DNA of 64,000 bases from an uncultured Planctomycetia bacterium (lineage in GTDB: Bacteria > Omnitrophota > Gorgyraeia > Duberdicusellales > 4484-171). Both the position numbers and the translations under genes were made by a program. This document shows, piece after piece, positions 29,315 through 38,410 of the stretch. The stretch is taken from the NCBI GenBank assembly GCA_964605645.1, contig CAZSDJ010000002.1, forward strand, positions 394 through 64,393. Direction: 5' to 3'. The notes under the pieces were generated by a model. That model was not told the DNA's origin. It saw only the letters and a list, made by a program, of their open reading frames with translations, and made no database searches. Numbering within the stretch: position 1 is the first letter of the stretch; the number at the start of each line of letters is the position of its first letter.

Positions 29315-30310
29315 ATGGGATTGACAGATACTATTAAAAAAATGTTGGAAGGAGGGGTTCATTTTGGGCATCTGAAGCGCAATTGGAACCCTAAAATGAA
29401 GAAATTTATTTTTGGTAGAAAGAAGAATATTTATATTATTGACTTAGAAAAAACTACTAAAAAGTTAGATCAAGCAAAAGAATTTGTTAAAGAAATAGCC
29501 AAATCAGGCGGGAATATTCTTTTTGTGGGGACCAAAAGGCAGATTAGGCCGGTGATTAAAGAGTTGGCAAATTCGTGTGACATGCCTTATGTGGACCAAA
29601 AATGGGTAGGAGGCTTGCTTACCAATTTTTCTACTATCAAAAAACGCTTGCAAAGATATCAAGAACTTCTCAAAATGCGGGAAAATGGAGAATTCGACGA
29701 CATCCCCAGTAAAGAAGTGGTGCGCCTGAATCGCCAAATTAGCCGGATGGATAAAAATTATAGTGGGCTGACCTCACTTACAACTTTACCGGATTGCGTG
29801 TTTGTGGTAGATCCAAAAAGAGAAAAATCTTCTGTAAGAGAAACAGCTAAATTATCAATTCCTTTGGTGGCTCTAATTGATACCGATGCTAACCCTGAAG
29901 AAGTAGATTACCCTATCCCCGGTAATGATGATGCAATTAGATCAGTAAAATTTATTGTCAGTTCTTTAGTTGAGGCGATAGAGGCCGGAAGAGAAAGTTA
30001 CCACAAAATAGAAAAAGAAAAAGAATCTAAAGAAAATAAAGAATTAAATGGCCAAGAAGAAAAATCGGAAGATGGAACCGAACAAGATAAAGAGCAGCAA
30101 GGAGAGAAAAAAGAGAAGGGAGAGAAATCCGAAATAGGAAATGCGAAATCCGAAAAGGAGAAAGGAGAAGAACAAAAAGAGAAATCCGAAATACGAAATA
30201 CGAAATCCGAAAAGGAGAAAGGAGAAGAACAAAAAGAGAAATCCGAAATAGGAAATGCGAAATCCGAAAAGGAGAAAGGAGAAACAAACAAAGAGGAGGA
30301 AGAGGAGTAG
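29315..30310 (+). CDS. rpsB: 30S ribosomal protein S2 with about 95-aa acidic/lysine-rich tandem-repeat C-terminal extension
   Basis: N-terminal S2 core (GVHFGH, ILFVGTKRQ, FVVDP...AL...IP). The tail contains three 19-aa repeats EKSEIGNAKSEKEKGEEQK. Confidence 0.9.
   Translation: MGLTDTIKKMLEGGVHFGHLKRNWNPKMKKFIFGRKKNIYIIDLEKTTKKLDQAKEFVKEIAKSGGNILFVGTKRQIRPVIKELANSCDMPYVDQKWVGGLLTNFSTIKKRLQRYQELLKMRENGEFDDIPSKEVVRLNRQISRMDKNYSGLTSLTTLPDCVFVVDPKREKSSVRETAKLSIPLVALIDTDANPEEVDYPIPGNDDAIRSVKFIVSSLVEAIEAGRESYHKIEKEKESKENKELNGQEEKSEDGTEQDKEQQGEKKEKGEKSEIGNAKSEKEKGEEQKEKSEIRNTKSEKEKGEEQKEKSEIGNAKSEKEKGETNKEEEEE
30122..30292 (+). repeat. 3 x 57-bp tandem repeat within rpsB 3' coding region
   Basis: Unit gagaaatccgaaataggaaatgcgaaatccgaaaaggagaaaggagaagaacaaaaa repeated in-frame. 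Explains the spurious minus-strand ORFs at 29998-30380. Confidence 0.85.
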
Positions 30311-30841
30311 ATGAGTTTAGAGGACATAAAAAAATTGCGAGAACAAACTTCATTGGGGATAAAAGATTGTAAACAGGCACTTAAAGAGGCAGAAGGTGAT
30401 TTCGGAAAAGCCCTAAAAGTGTTGAGGGCAAAAGGAGCGGATGTTTTAAAAAAGAAAGGTTCCCGTACAGCTTCCCAAGGTGTAATTGAATCTTATGTGC
30501 ACTTTGGCGGTAATATCGGGGTTTTAGTTGAGGTTAATTGTGAAACGGATTTTGTGGCCAGAACCGACTTATTTAAAAAATTTGCAAAAGATATAGCAAT
30601 GCACATTGCAGCTATCGCACCTGAACATATAAGTGAAGACCAAGTACCGGAAGATATTTTAGAACAAGTAAAAAATAAGGATGATTATATTAAAAAAAAT
30701 TGCTTGTTAAATCAATCTTTTGTGAAAGACCCTTCGTTAACGGTGGCTGATTATTTAAAGAAGGTAGTATCTCAAACCGGTGAAAATATGAGGATAAAGA
30801 GATTTGCCCGCTTTGTAGTTGGGGAGGAAGATGAAGCCTAA
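30311..30841 (+). CDS. tsf: translation elongation factor Ts (short form)
   Basis: N-terminal UBA-like region LREQTSLGIKDCKQALKEAEGDFGKALKVLRAKG. 176 aa. Immediately after rpsB. Confidence 0.85.
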   Translation: MSLEDIKKLREQTSLGIKDCKQALKEAEGDFGKALKVLRAKGADVLKKKGSRTASQGVIESYVHFGGNIGVLVEVNCETDFVARTDLFKKFAKDIAMHIAAIAPEHISEDQVPEDILEQVKNKDDYIKKNCLLNQSFVKDPSLTVADYLKKVVSQTGENMRIKRFARFVVGEEDEA

Positions 30842-31544
30842 ATACAAGCGAATTTTGCTTAAATTGAGCGGCGAAGCATTTTTAGGAAAATTCTCGCACG
30901 GCATAGACACTGTAATTTGTGCTAATCTTGCTAAACAGATTAAAGAAATAGAAAAGATTGGTACAGAGATAGCGTTAGTAGTTGGCGGAGGCAATATCTT
31001 TCGCGGAGTTTCTAAGTCAAAAGAATTCAAGATGGAAAGAACGGTAGCTGATTATATGGGGATGATCGCTACAGTTATAAATGGCTTAGCTCTGCAGAAT
31101 GCCCTCAAAAATGAAAAAATTGATTCAAGAGTGATGACTGCGATCTCGATGCATAAGGTAGCAGAACCATATATACGGAGGCGGGCGATAAGACATTTGG
31201 AGAAAAAAAGAGTTGTTATTTTTGTAGCCGGAACGGGAAATCCTTATTTTACAACTGATACTGCAGCAGCTTTAAGAAGTGTTGAAATCGGCGGAGATGC
31301 ATTGTTTAAGGCGACCAAAGTAGATGGAGTTTATAGCGAGGATCCTTTGAAAAATAAAAAAGCAAAACTGTATACTAGTTTAAAATATAGGGATGTAATC
31401 AATAAAGAACTAAAAATCATGGATTCTACAGCAATTACTTTATGTATGGAAAATAAATTACCGATTACTGTTTTCAATTTTACAAAAGCCGGTAATTTAA
31501 AAAAAGCTGTTTCCGGACAAAAAATTGGGACAGTTATCAGTTAA
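30831..31544 (+). CDS. pyrH: uridylate kinase
   Basis: Start MKPKYKRILLKLSGEA with RBS GGGGAGGAAG. UMP kinase motifs VVGGGN and GTGNPYFTTD. Confidence 0.9.
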   Translation: MKPKYKRILLKLSGEAFLGKFSHGIDTVICANLAKQIKEIEKIGTEIALVVGGGNIFRGVSKSKEFKMERTVADYMGMIATVINGLALQNALKNEKIDSRVMTAISMHKVAEPYIRRRAIRHLEKKRVVIFVAGTGNPYFTTDTAAALRSVEIGGDALFKATKVDGVYSEDPLKNKKAKLYTSLKYRDVINKELKIMDSTAITLCMENKLPITVFNFTKAGNLKKAVSGQKIGTVIS

Positions 31545-31555
31545 GGGGAGGAAGT

Positions 31556-32116
31556 ATGGGGACTAAAGAAGTAATAAAGAAAATTGAAAATAATATGGAA
31601 AAAACGATAGAAGCTATTAAACGCGAATTTTCCGAATTACGTTCAGGCCGGGCTAACCCTAAAATGGTAGAAGGGGTGAGGGTTAATTATTACGGCACAC
31701 CTACCTTGCTTAAGGAATTAGCTACAATTGGTGTTCCGGAAGCCAGAATGCTGGTAATTAGTCCTTACGACCCGTCTTCAGTAGCTGAAATTGAAAAAGC
31801 GATTCTCCAAGCAGATCTGGGGATTGCACCGATAAATGACGGTAAAATTATTCGTTTAGTGGTCCCGCCTTTATCCGAAGAAAGAAGAGACGAGCTGATA
31901 AAAATGGTCAAAAAAATTACTGAAGAAGGAAAAGTTTCTTTAAGAACAATACGCAGAGGCGGTAGAGAAGACATTAAAGATTTAGAAAAAGATAAAGAAA
32001 TTTCAGAAGATGAAAAATATAACACAGAAGAAGAACTTCAAAAATTAACTGACCGATATATAAAAACATTAGATAATCTTCTCGAAGAGAAAGAAAAAGA
32101 ATTAAAAGAATTTTAA
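31556..32116 (+). CDS. frr: ribosome recycling factor
   Basis: 186 aa, RRF family. RBS GGGGAGGAAG upstream. Confidence 0.9.
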   Translation: MGTKEVIKKIENNMEKTIEAIKREFSELRSGRANPKMVEGVRVNYYGTPTLLKELATIGVPEARMLVISPYDPSSVAEIEKAILQADLGIAPINDGKIIRLVVPPLSEERRDELIKMVKKITEEGKVSLRTIRRGGREDIKDLEKDKEISEDEKYNTEEELQKLTDRYIKTLDNLLEEKEKELKEF

Positions 32117-32122
32117 AATTTA

Positions 32123-32195
32123 GAGCCGCTAGCTCAGTTGGTAGAGCACCGCCCTTTTAAGGCGGCTGTCCCGAGTTCGAGCCTCGGGCGGCTCA
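32123..32195 (+). tRNA. tRNA-Lys (anticodon TTT)
   Basis: Cloverleaf read by hand: acceptor GAGCCGC/GCGGCTC, D-arm GCTCAGTTGGTAGAGC, anticodon loop CTTTTAA, T-arm CCGAGTTCGAGCCTCGG. No encoded CCA. Confidence 0.8.
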
Positions 32196-32198
32196 CTT

Positions 32199-32283
32199 GC
32201 CGCGGTGGCGGAATTGGCAGACGCGCTGGACTTAGAATCCAGTCTCGTGAGAGGTGGGAGTTCGACTCTCCCCCGCGGCACCA
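32199..32283 (+). tRNA. tRNA-Leu (anticodon TAG), class II with long variable arm, CCA encoded
   Basis: Acceptor GCCGCGG/CCGCGGC, anticodon loop CTTAGAA, variable arm TCTCGTGAGAGGT, T-arm GGGAGTTCGACTCTCCC, 3' ACCA. Confidence 0.8.
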
Positions 32284-32323
32284 ATTAGCCAATGGCTAAT
32301 GGCTAATAGCTATAAGCTAAATT

Positions 32324-32396
32324 GCGGGTGTAGCTCAGCCGGTAGAGCGTCACGTTGCCAACGTGAAGGTCGGGGGTTCGAGACCCCTCGCCCGCT
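32324..32396 (+). tRNA. tRNA-Gly (anticodon GCC)
   Basis: Acceptor GCGGGTG/CGCCCGC, D-arm AGCTCAGCCGGTAGAGC, anticodon loop TTGCCAA, T-arm GGGGGTTCGAGACCCCT. Confidence 0.8.
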
Positions 32397-32459
32397 TGTT
32401 TAATGTTCTTTATATAAGGCGAGTAGCAAGTAGTAAATTAACCAATTAACCAATTAATT

Positions 32460-32930
32460 ATGGATATAGTTAATTATTTAGATGAAGAAAGTATTATTTT
32501 TGGTTGTAAACAAAGGGATAAAAAAAGTCTTATTTCTTTTTTGTTGGATAATTTAGTATTGTCTAATAAGTTAAATAAAAAAAATAAAAGAGACATTTTA
32601 GCTACTGTAATCCAAAGAGAAGAAATGGGTTCGACTGCTATTGGCGGCAGTATTGCCTTACCTCACGCTCGCATTAATTCAGTTAACAATATTTTACTTT
32701 CCTTATATATCACCAAAGAAGGTATTGATTTTGATGCTCTTGATGAAAAGCCGGTTAACATTGTAGTTTTACTTTTATCCAATAAAATGCAAGCCGGTAG
32801 CCATTTGAAAACTTTAGCATTTTTGGCGAGGATGCTCAGAGATAAATATTTTGTAGAAAGTTTGACAAAAGCAAAAGATAAAAAAGAAATTATCAAATTA
32901 TTAATAAAACAACAGCAAGCTGTTAGTTGA
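32460..32930 (+). CDS. ptsN: PTS EIIA(Ntr)-type regulatory protein
   Basis: PTS EIIA type-2 fold with active-site His in GGSIALPHARI. 156 aa. No EIIB/C nearby, which suggests a regulatory PTS. Confidence 0.75.
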   Translation: MDIVNYLDEESIIFGCKQRDKKSLISFLLDNLVLSNKLNKKNKRDILATVIQREEMGSTAIGGSIALPHARINSVNNILLSLYITKEGIDFDALDEKPVNIVVLLLSNKMQAGSHLKTLAFLARMLRDKYFVESLTKAKDKKEIIKLLIKQQQAVS

Positions 32931-34201
32931 TTGTTATGAAAAAATTTATAAAAATTGTAAAATGGTTTTACCCCGGCCTTAGGGTTAAAAGATGGGTTAG
33001 CTTGCTGCTGGTAAGTTTATTTTTCCTTGTTTTTTCTGCGGTTCGTCTTTTTTTTGATACAGTTTTGTTGTTGAGGGTCTTTGACAGCCTTCTTTTAATT
33101 GCTTCTTTTCTAGGGGTGGTTGTAGGGCTTTCTTCTTTGATGCATAGTTTTTTTCAAGCCGTTTATCCTCAGGATCAACGGGGGATGATTGATTTAATAT
33201 ATGAAAAAAGATTTTTATCAAAAGGCCCGAAGATAGTGGCGATTGGAGGCGGGACCGGCCTTTCGACATTACTGGAAGGACTGAAAAAATATACCGCAAA
33301 CATTACCGCAATTGTAACTGTTGCCGATGAAGGTGGTTCTTCAGGCCGCTTGCGGGAAGAATTTGGGATATTGCCGCCGGGGGATATCAGAAATTGTCTT
33401 GTTTCGTTAGCTGAGACTCCTCAGTTGTTGCGTGATTTATTTCAGTATCGGTTTAAAGAAGGCGAAGGAATGAAAGGGCATAGTTTTGGCAATATTTTTA
33501 TTACTGCCATGACCCAGGTAAGCGGAAGCTTTAAGGATGCAATCAAGGAATCCAGCATTATTTTAGCAATTCGCGGAAAGGTTTTGCCGTCTTCGCTCTC
33601 AAATTTAAGAATTAAAGCTGATTACTTAGATGGAACCACTATCCAGGGAGAAGATAAGATTCCGCAGAATAGAAGTAATATCAAAAGATTGCATTTAATG
33701 CCAAAAGATGCTAAAGCTAACCCGGAAGCAATAGCGGCAATTAAAAAAGCAGACATTATAGTTTTAGGCCCGGGAAGTTTATTTACCAGTGTAATTCCAA
33801 ATTTATTAATTAAGGATTTAGGTGATGCAATTTCGCGTCAGCAAGTTACAAAAGTATATATTTGCAACGTAATGACTCAGGAAGGTGAAACTGATAATTA
33901 TACCGCAGCCGATCACCCAAAACAGATTATAGCTCATACTAATAAAAATATTGTTAATTCATGTATTGTAAATTCCGGTAGGTTGAATTCAAATTTATTA
34001 TCTAAATATGCAGAACAAAAATCATTTCCGGTTGTGTTTGACCGAGGCAGGTTAAAGAGCATGGGGATATCTGTTTATGAGTCTGACGTAATAGATCGAA
34101 CTAATTATCTCAGGCATAATCCTCAAAAAACAGCTCGTGAAATAATACGTATTTATAATAAAAGAAGGAAAAAATGGCTAGGGTTGAGAAACAGGTTTTA
34201 A
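32927..34201 (+). CDS. YvcK/CofD-like (UPF0052, gluconeogenesis factor) protein with N-terminal two-TM membrane anchor
   Basis: KIVAIGGGTGLSTLLEGL motif typical of YvcK. About 95-aa N-terminal extension with two hydrophobic helices. Sits between ptsN and ptsH. Confidence 0.75.
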   Translation: MIVMKKFIKIVKWFYPGLRVKRWVSLLLVSLFFLVFSAVRLFFDTVLLLRVFDSLLLIASFLGVVVGLSSLMHSFFQAVYPQDQRGMIDLIYEKRFLSKGPKIVAIGGGTGLSTLLEGLKKYTANITAIVTVADEGGSSGRLREEFGILPPGDIRNCLVSLAETPQLLRDLFQYRFKEGEGMKGHSFGNIFITAMTQVSGSFKDAIKESSIILAIRGKVLPSSLSNLRIKADYLDGTTIQGEDKIPQNRSNIKRLHLMPKDAKANPEAIAAIKKADIIVLGPGSLFTSVIPNLLIKDLGDAISRQQVTKVYICNVMTQEGETDNYTAADHPKQIIAHTNKNIVNSCIVNSGRLNSNLLSKYAEQKSFPVVFDRGRLKSMGISVYESDVIDRTNYLRHNPQKTAREIIRIYNKRRKKWLGLRNRF

Positions 34202-34437
34202 TAAAAAGAAAACACGGGCTGCATGCAAGGCCGGTTACTTTATTTGTACAAATTGCTAATAAATTTAATTCAGTGATAAAAATAAAACATAAAAAAGAAG
34301 TTGTTGACGGAAAATCGATAATTGCTACCCTTAGCCTTGGCCTAAACAGAGGGGAAAAGATTAACATTATTACCGAAGGTGAAGATGCTAAAGAGGCTTT
34401 AAATGAATTAGTAAATTTTATCAAAGAAGGAGATTGA
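34174..34437 (+). CDS. ptsH: phosphocarrier protein HPr
   Basis: Active-site His in KHGLHARP. 87 aa. Confidence 0.9.
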   Translation: MARVEKQVLIKRKHGLHARPVTLFVQIANKFNSVIKIKHKKEVVDGKSIIATLSLGLNRGEKINIITEGEDAKEALNELVNFIKEGD

Positions 34438-34472
34438 GTTGAATTTATATATAGAATATTCAGGGAGGTTTT

Positions 34473-36230
34473 ATGATTAAGCGCAAGGGTGTGGTGGCAT
34501 CCGGTGGAGTAGGCATAGGTAAAGCTTACATAATTAGAGAAGATGACCTTTTTGTACCGAAGAAAAAGATTGCCTATGGTGATATATCGCGCGAAATCTA
34601 TAAATTCGAAGAAGCTTTGATAAAAACTCGGCGTCAAATATCTCAAATTCAAGAAAAAATTTCAAAGGAAATTGGATTTGACCACGGGAGAATTTTTGAA
34701 GCTCATTTTCTTGTTTTAGAAGACAGGGTTTTAATTGAAGATGTGATTAAACAGATAAAGAATAATCGGGTAAATGTGGAATATGCTTTTTCACAAAGTA
34801 TCAAAAAGTATATCGAAACATTGTTAAAATTAAATGATGAATATTTGCGGGAAAGGGTTGTAGACATTAAAGATATTGCGCGTCGAGTAATAAAAGCAAT
34901 GCTTAAAGAAAAAAGTGCAAAATTGATGGATTTAAAAAATAAAAGTGTAATTGTAGCTCATGACCTCACCCCTTCTCAAACAGCAGATATACCTAAGGAA
35001 AAAGTTATAGCTTTTATTACGGATGTGGGGGGGAGAACTTCACATACGGCAATTATTGCCAGAAGCTTGGGGATCCCGGCAGTAGTGGGGCTTAAAGATG
35101 TTACTAAAAATATCAGCGATGGCAATGAAGTAATAGTTGATGGGTTTTCGGGGATGGCGATAGTTAAGCCGACTAAAAAAACAGTTGCAGATTATAAGAA
35201 AAAAATAAATCGCTACTCTCAAGAAATAAAAGCAGCTAAAAGGCCGAAAATCGGCAAGGCGGTGACCAAAGACGGCAGGCGAATTGAGGTTTCAGCTAAT
35301 ATAGAATTACCGGAAGAATTAGGATTAGTGAAAAAATATGGTGCCGACGGGATAGGCCTTTATCGGACTGAATATATTTTTCTCGGTAAAAGGGATTTGC
35401 CTTCTGAAGAACAGCAATATCAAGCTTATCTAAATGTGGCGAAGAAAGGTAAACCGGAATCGGTCATAATTAGAACGATTGATATTGGCGGAGATAAGTT
35501 TTTATCGCGGCCTGATGTTCCTCAAGAAATGAGTCCTTTTTTAGGCTGGAGAGCAATACGATTTTGTTTGGCTCGCCCCGAAGTATTTAAAACTCAAATT
35601 CGTGCTATATTGAGAGCTTCTGCAGAAGGAAATGTAAAAATGATGTTTCCGATGATCTCCGGGATTGAAGAACTGCGTCAAGCTAAAAAGGTAGTTTCTG
35701 ACTGCAAAAGAGAATTGAGAAAAAAAGGAAAAAAATTTGATGAACATATTAAAATAGGAGCAATGATTGAAGTTCCTGCGGCCGCCTTAACTGCTGATAT
35801 CTTGGCAAAAGAATCTGATTTTTTTAGCATTGGCACAAATGATTTAATTCAATATTCTTTGGCAGTGGACAGGGCAAATGAAAAGGTTGCTTATCTTTAC
35901 CAGCCGGCGCATCCGGCGGTATTGAAATTAATCAAAACTATTATTGAAGGTGCACAAAAAAATAAAATTTGGGTAGGGATGTGTGGGGAAATGTCATCAG
36001 AGCCTACTTTAGCATTTTTACTGTTAGGCCTTGGCCTTGATGAATTCAGTATGCCGCCGCCTCAAGTATTAAAAATTAAAGAATTAATCCAAAGAGTAAA
36101 ATTTGCAGATGCTAAAACGGCTGCCCAAAAAGCAATTAGCTTGCCTACTGCAGGAGAGATAGAAAAATATTTAAAAAGTAAATTAAGAAAAATTTTAGAT
36201 AAAGATTTTTATAATTTTCTCAATATATAA
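34473..36230 (+). CDS. ptsI: phosphoenolpyruvate-protein phosphotransferase (PTS enzyme I)
   Basis: 585 aa. Phosphohistidine domain GGRTSHTAIIARSLGIPAVVG. PEP-utilising C-terminal TIM barrel. Confidence 0.92.
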   Translation: MIKRKGVVASGGVGIGKAYIIREDDLFVPKKKIAYGDISREIYKFEEALIKTRRQISQIQEKISKEIGFDHGRIFEAHFLVLEDRVLIEDVIKQIKNNRVNVEYAFSQSIKKYIETLLKLNDEYLRERVVDIKDIARRVIKAMLKEKSAKLMDLKNKSVIVAHDLTPSQTADIPKEKVIAFITDVGGRTSHTAIIARSLGIPAVVGLKDVTKNISDGNEVIVDGFSGMAIVKPTKKTVADYKKKINRYSQEIKAAKRPKIGKAVTKDGRRIEVSANIELPEELGLVKKYGADGIGLYRTEYIFLGKRDLPSEEQQYQAYLNVAKKGKPESVIIRTIDIGGDKFLSRPDVPQEMSPFLGWRAIRFCLARPEVFKTQIRAILRASAEGNVKMMFPMISGIEELRQAKKVVSDCKRELRKKGKKFDEHIKIGAMIEVPAAALTADILAKESDFFSIGTNDLIQYSLAVDRANEKVAYLYQPAHPAVLKLIKTIIEGAQKNKIWVGMCGEMSSEPTLAFLLLGLGLDEFSMPPPQVLKIKELIQRVKFADAKTAAQKAISLPTAGEIEKYLKSKLRKILDKDFYNFLNI

Positions 36231-36241
36231 TTGGGGGTAGT

Positions 36242-37300
36242 ATGGAAATTGGTAAAATACGAAAAAAAATAGATAAAATTGACGAACAAATCTTAAAAAA
36301 TTTAAATCAGCGGGCTGAAGAAGTTTTAAAGATATCAAATTTGAAAAAGGAAAAAAAGATAAGAAGGTATTCTCCCGAACGAGAAAGTAAAATTATTAGG
36401 CGCTTGAGCCGGATTAACAAAGGGCCATTTACAAAAAAAGATATACAAAATATATTTGTGGAGATTCTTTCAGCTTCAAGATCTCAAAAAGAACAACTTA
36501 AAATAGCCTATCTTGGCCCGGAAGGTACCTTTACCCATTTGGCAGCAAGAAAAAAATTTGGTAAAAAATGTCAATATTTACCGGCTGAAGGGATCGCTGA
36601 TGTTTTCTCCGGGATAGCCAAAGAAAAGGCAGATTTTGGAGTAGTCCCTGTCGAGAATTCTACAGAAGGGGTGGTAAGCCATACTTTAGATATGTTTTTT
36701 ACTTCAAATTTAAGTATTTGTGCAGAAGTTACTTTAAATATTTCTCATAACCTTCTCGGGCGGAAAAACTGTAAGATAAAAAGAGTTTACTCTAATCCTC
36801 AAGTATTTTCTCAATGCCGAGGTTGGCTTGCTAAAAATTTAGCCGATGTAGAATTGATACCGACAACTTCAACTGCAACTGCGGCAAAAAGAGCAAAAAG
36901 TGACCGCTGGGGCGCTTGCGTTGGAGGAAAAATTTTGGCTGATTTATACAAGCTGGATTGGATAACCGGTTCTATTGAAGATTCATCTTCAAATTATACA
37001 AGGTTTTTAGTTATTGCCCCTTCAGACAGTGATCCTTCCGGAGACGATAAGACTTCGGTATTATTTTCAGTAAAGGATAAAGTGGGGGCACTATATGATG
37101 TGTTATCTTTTTTTCGGCAGAATAAAATAAATCTTACCAAAATTGAATCGCGGCCTTCTAAAAAGAAACCCTGGGAATATTATTTTTTTGTGGATCTCGA
37201 AGGACATAAAAATTCAAAACATCTCAAAAAAGCATTAGATAAATTAAAAGAAAAGTGTATTTTTGTTAAAATTTTAGGATCTTATCCAAAAGAAAAATAA
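36242..37300 (+). CDS. pheA: bifunctional chorismate mutase / prephenate dehydratase
   Basis: N-terminal CM domain (IRKKIDKIDEQILKNLNQRAE). PDT domain with TRF and ESRP motifs. C-terminal ACT domain. Confidence 0.85.
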   Translation: MEIGKIRKKIDKIDEQILKNLNQRAEEVLKISNLKKEKKIRRYSPERESKIIRRLSRINKGPFTKKDIQNIFVEILSASRSQKEQLKIAYLGPEGTFTHLAARKKFGKKCQYLPAEGIADVFSGIAKEKADFGVVPVENSTEGVVSHTLDMFFTSNLSICAEVTLNISHNLLGRKNCKIKRVYSNPQVFSQCRGWLAKNLADVELIPTTSTATAAKRAKSDRWGACVGGKILADLYKLDWITGSIEDSSSNYTRFLVIAPSDSDPSGDDKTSVLFSVKDKVGALYDVLSFFRQNKINLTKIESRPSKKKPWEYYFFVDLEGHKNSKHLKKALDKLKEKCIFVKILGSYPKEK

Positions 37301-37315
37301 AACTAATTTAAAATA

Positions 37316-38410
37316 TTGAATATGAAATATCGAAATGAATTAGATAAAGTGAAGGCTTATCAACCCGGTAAACCCATTGAAGAGTTAAAACGAGAAAAAA
37401 AATTGATAAAAATTGATAAATTAGCTTCGAATGAAATTCCTTTTAGGCCCACTTACATTAATAAAGCCGTAAACAAAGAATTAAAAAATATAAACCGTTA
37501 TCCGGAAAGTTCTTGTTTTTACCTAAGGCAAAAATTAGCCAAAAACTTAGATGTAACAACTGATTCGATAGTATTTGGAAATGGATCTGATGAAATTATC
37601 ACATTAGCCCTTAAAACTTTTATAGAAAAACAAGATGAAGTTATTGTAGCTTTTCCCACATTTTTAATTTACCAAATACAATCCCAACTTTTTGGGGCGA
37701 AGGTGGTGAAAATACCTTTAAAGAATTACGTTAATTATTTAGATAAAATTATTGAAAAAATCAATAAAAAAACAAAAATTATTTTTATCGCTAATCCGGA
37801 TAATCCAACCGGGATTTATTTCAATCAAAACCAAATAATGAATTTTATCAGAAAAGTACCTAAGAATATCTTGTTATTTTTTGATGAGGCTTACTTTGAA
37901 TTTGCACCTGATGATTTTCCAAATCTAATTAAATTATTAAAAACCAGAAAGAATATATTAGTAACCAGAACTTTTTCAAAAGCTTACGGCTTAGCCGGCT
38001 TGAGGATCGGTTACGCTGTAACCGGTAAAAAAATAGCAGAACTGCTTAATAAGGTACGTGAACCTTTTAATATAAATAGAATTGCCCAAGTTGCAGCTCA
38101 AGCTGCTTTAGAAAATAAAGATTTTGCTAAAAAAATAGTTAACTTTACAAACAAGGAGAAGAATTATTTTTATAAAAGTTTTGATCGTTTAAATATTAGT
38201 TATCAAAGAAGTGCAACTAACTTTATTTTAGTTAATTTTAAAAAAAATACCAAAAAACTTTATCAATATATGTTAAATAATGGTGTAATTGTGAGAGAAT
38301 TAAGTAGGTGGGGCCTGACTAATTATTTTCGAGTTACCGTCGGCACCAATCTACAAAATAAAAATTTTATTAAACTTCTTAAAAATTATGCGGGGAGGAA
38401 AAAGAGATGA
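37316..38410 (+). CDS. hisC: histidinol-phosphate/aromatic aminotransferase (class II PLP)
   Basis: LDKVKAYQPGKP N-terminal motif. PLP-lysine region TFSKAYGLAGLRIGY. Located inside the aromatic amino-acid cluster. Confidence 0.75.
   Translation: MNMKYRNELDKVKAYQPGKPIEELKREKKLIKIDKLASNEIPFRPTYINKAVNKELKNINRYPESSCFYLRQKLAKNLDVTTDSIVFGNGSDEIITLALKTFIEKQDEVIVAFPTFLIYQIQSQLFGAKVVKIPLKNYVNYLDKIIEKINKKTKIIFIANPDNPTGIYFNQNQIMNFIRKVPKNILLFFDEAYFEFAPDDFPNLIKLLKTRKNILVTRTFSKAYGLAGLRIGYAVTGKKIAELLNKVREPFNINRIAQVAAQAALENKDFAKKIVNFTNKEKNYFYKSFDRLNISYQRSATNFILVNFKKNTKKLYQYMLNNGVIVRELSRWGLTNYFRVTVGTNLQNKNFIKLLKNYAGRKKR

Noticed and set aside
29998-30380. Three overlapping minus-strand ORFs (109, 117 and 62 aa) over the rpsB 3' end
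   Set aside because: They are produced by the 57-bp tandem repeat, which gives low-complexity, stop-free antisense frames. The plus-strand S2 reading is clearly the real one.
32284-32323. ccaatggctaatggctaatagctataagctaa between tRNA-Leu and tRNA-Gly as a possible fourth tRNA or small RNA
   Set aside because: It is too short, has no cloverleaf, and is a simple GCTAAT reiteration. It is most likely a processing spacer.
34110-34652. 180-aa minus-strand ORF spanning the yvcK end, ptsH and the ptsI start
   Set aside because: It is antisense to three tightly packed, motif-supported genes, so it is a chance open frame in AT-rich sequence.
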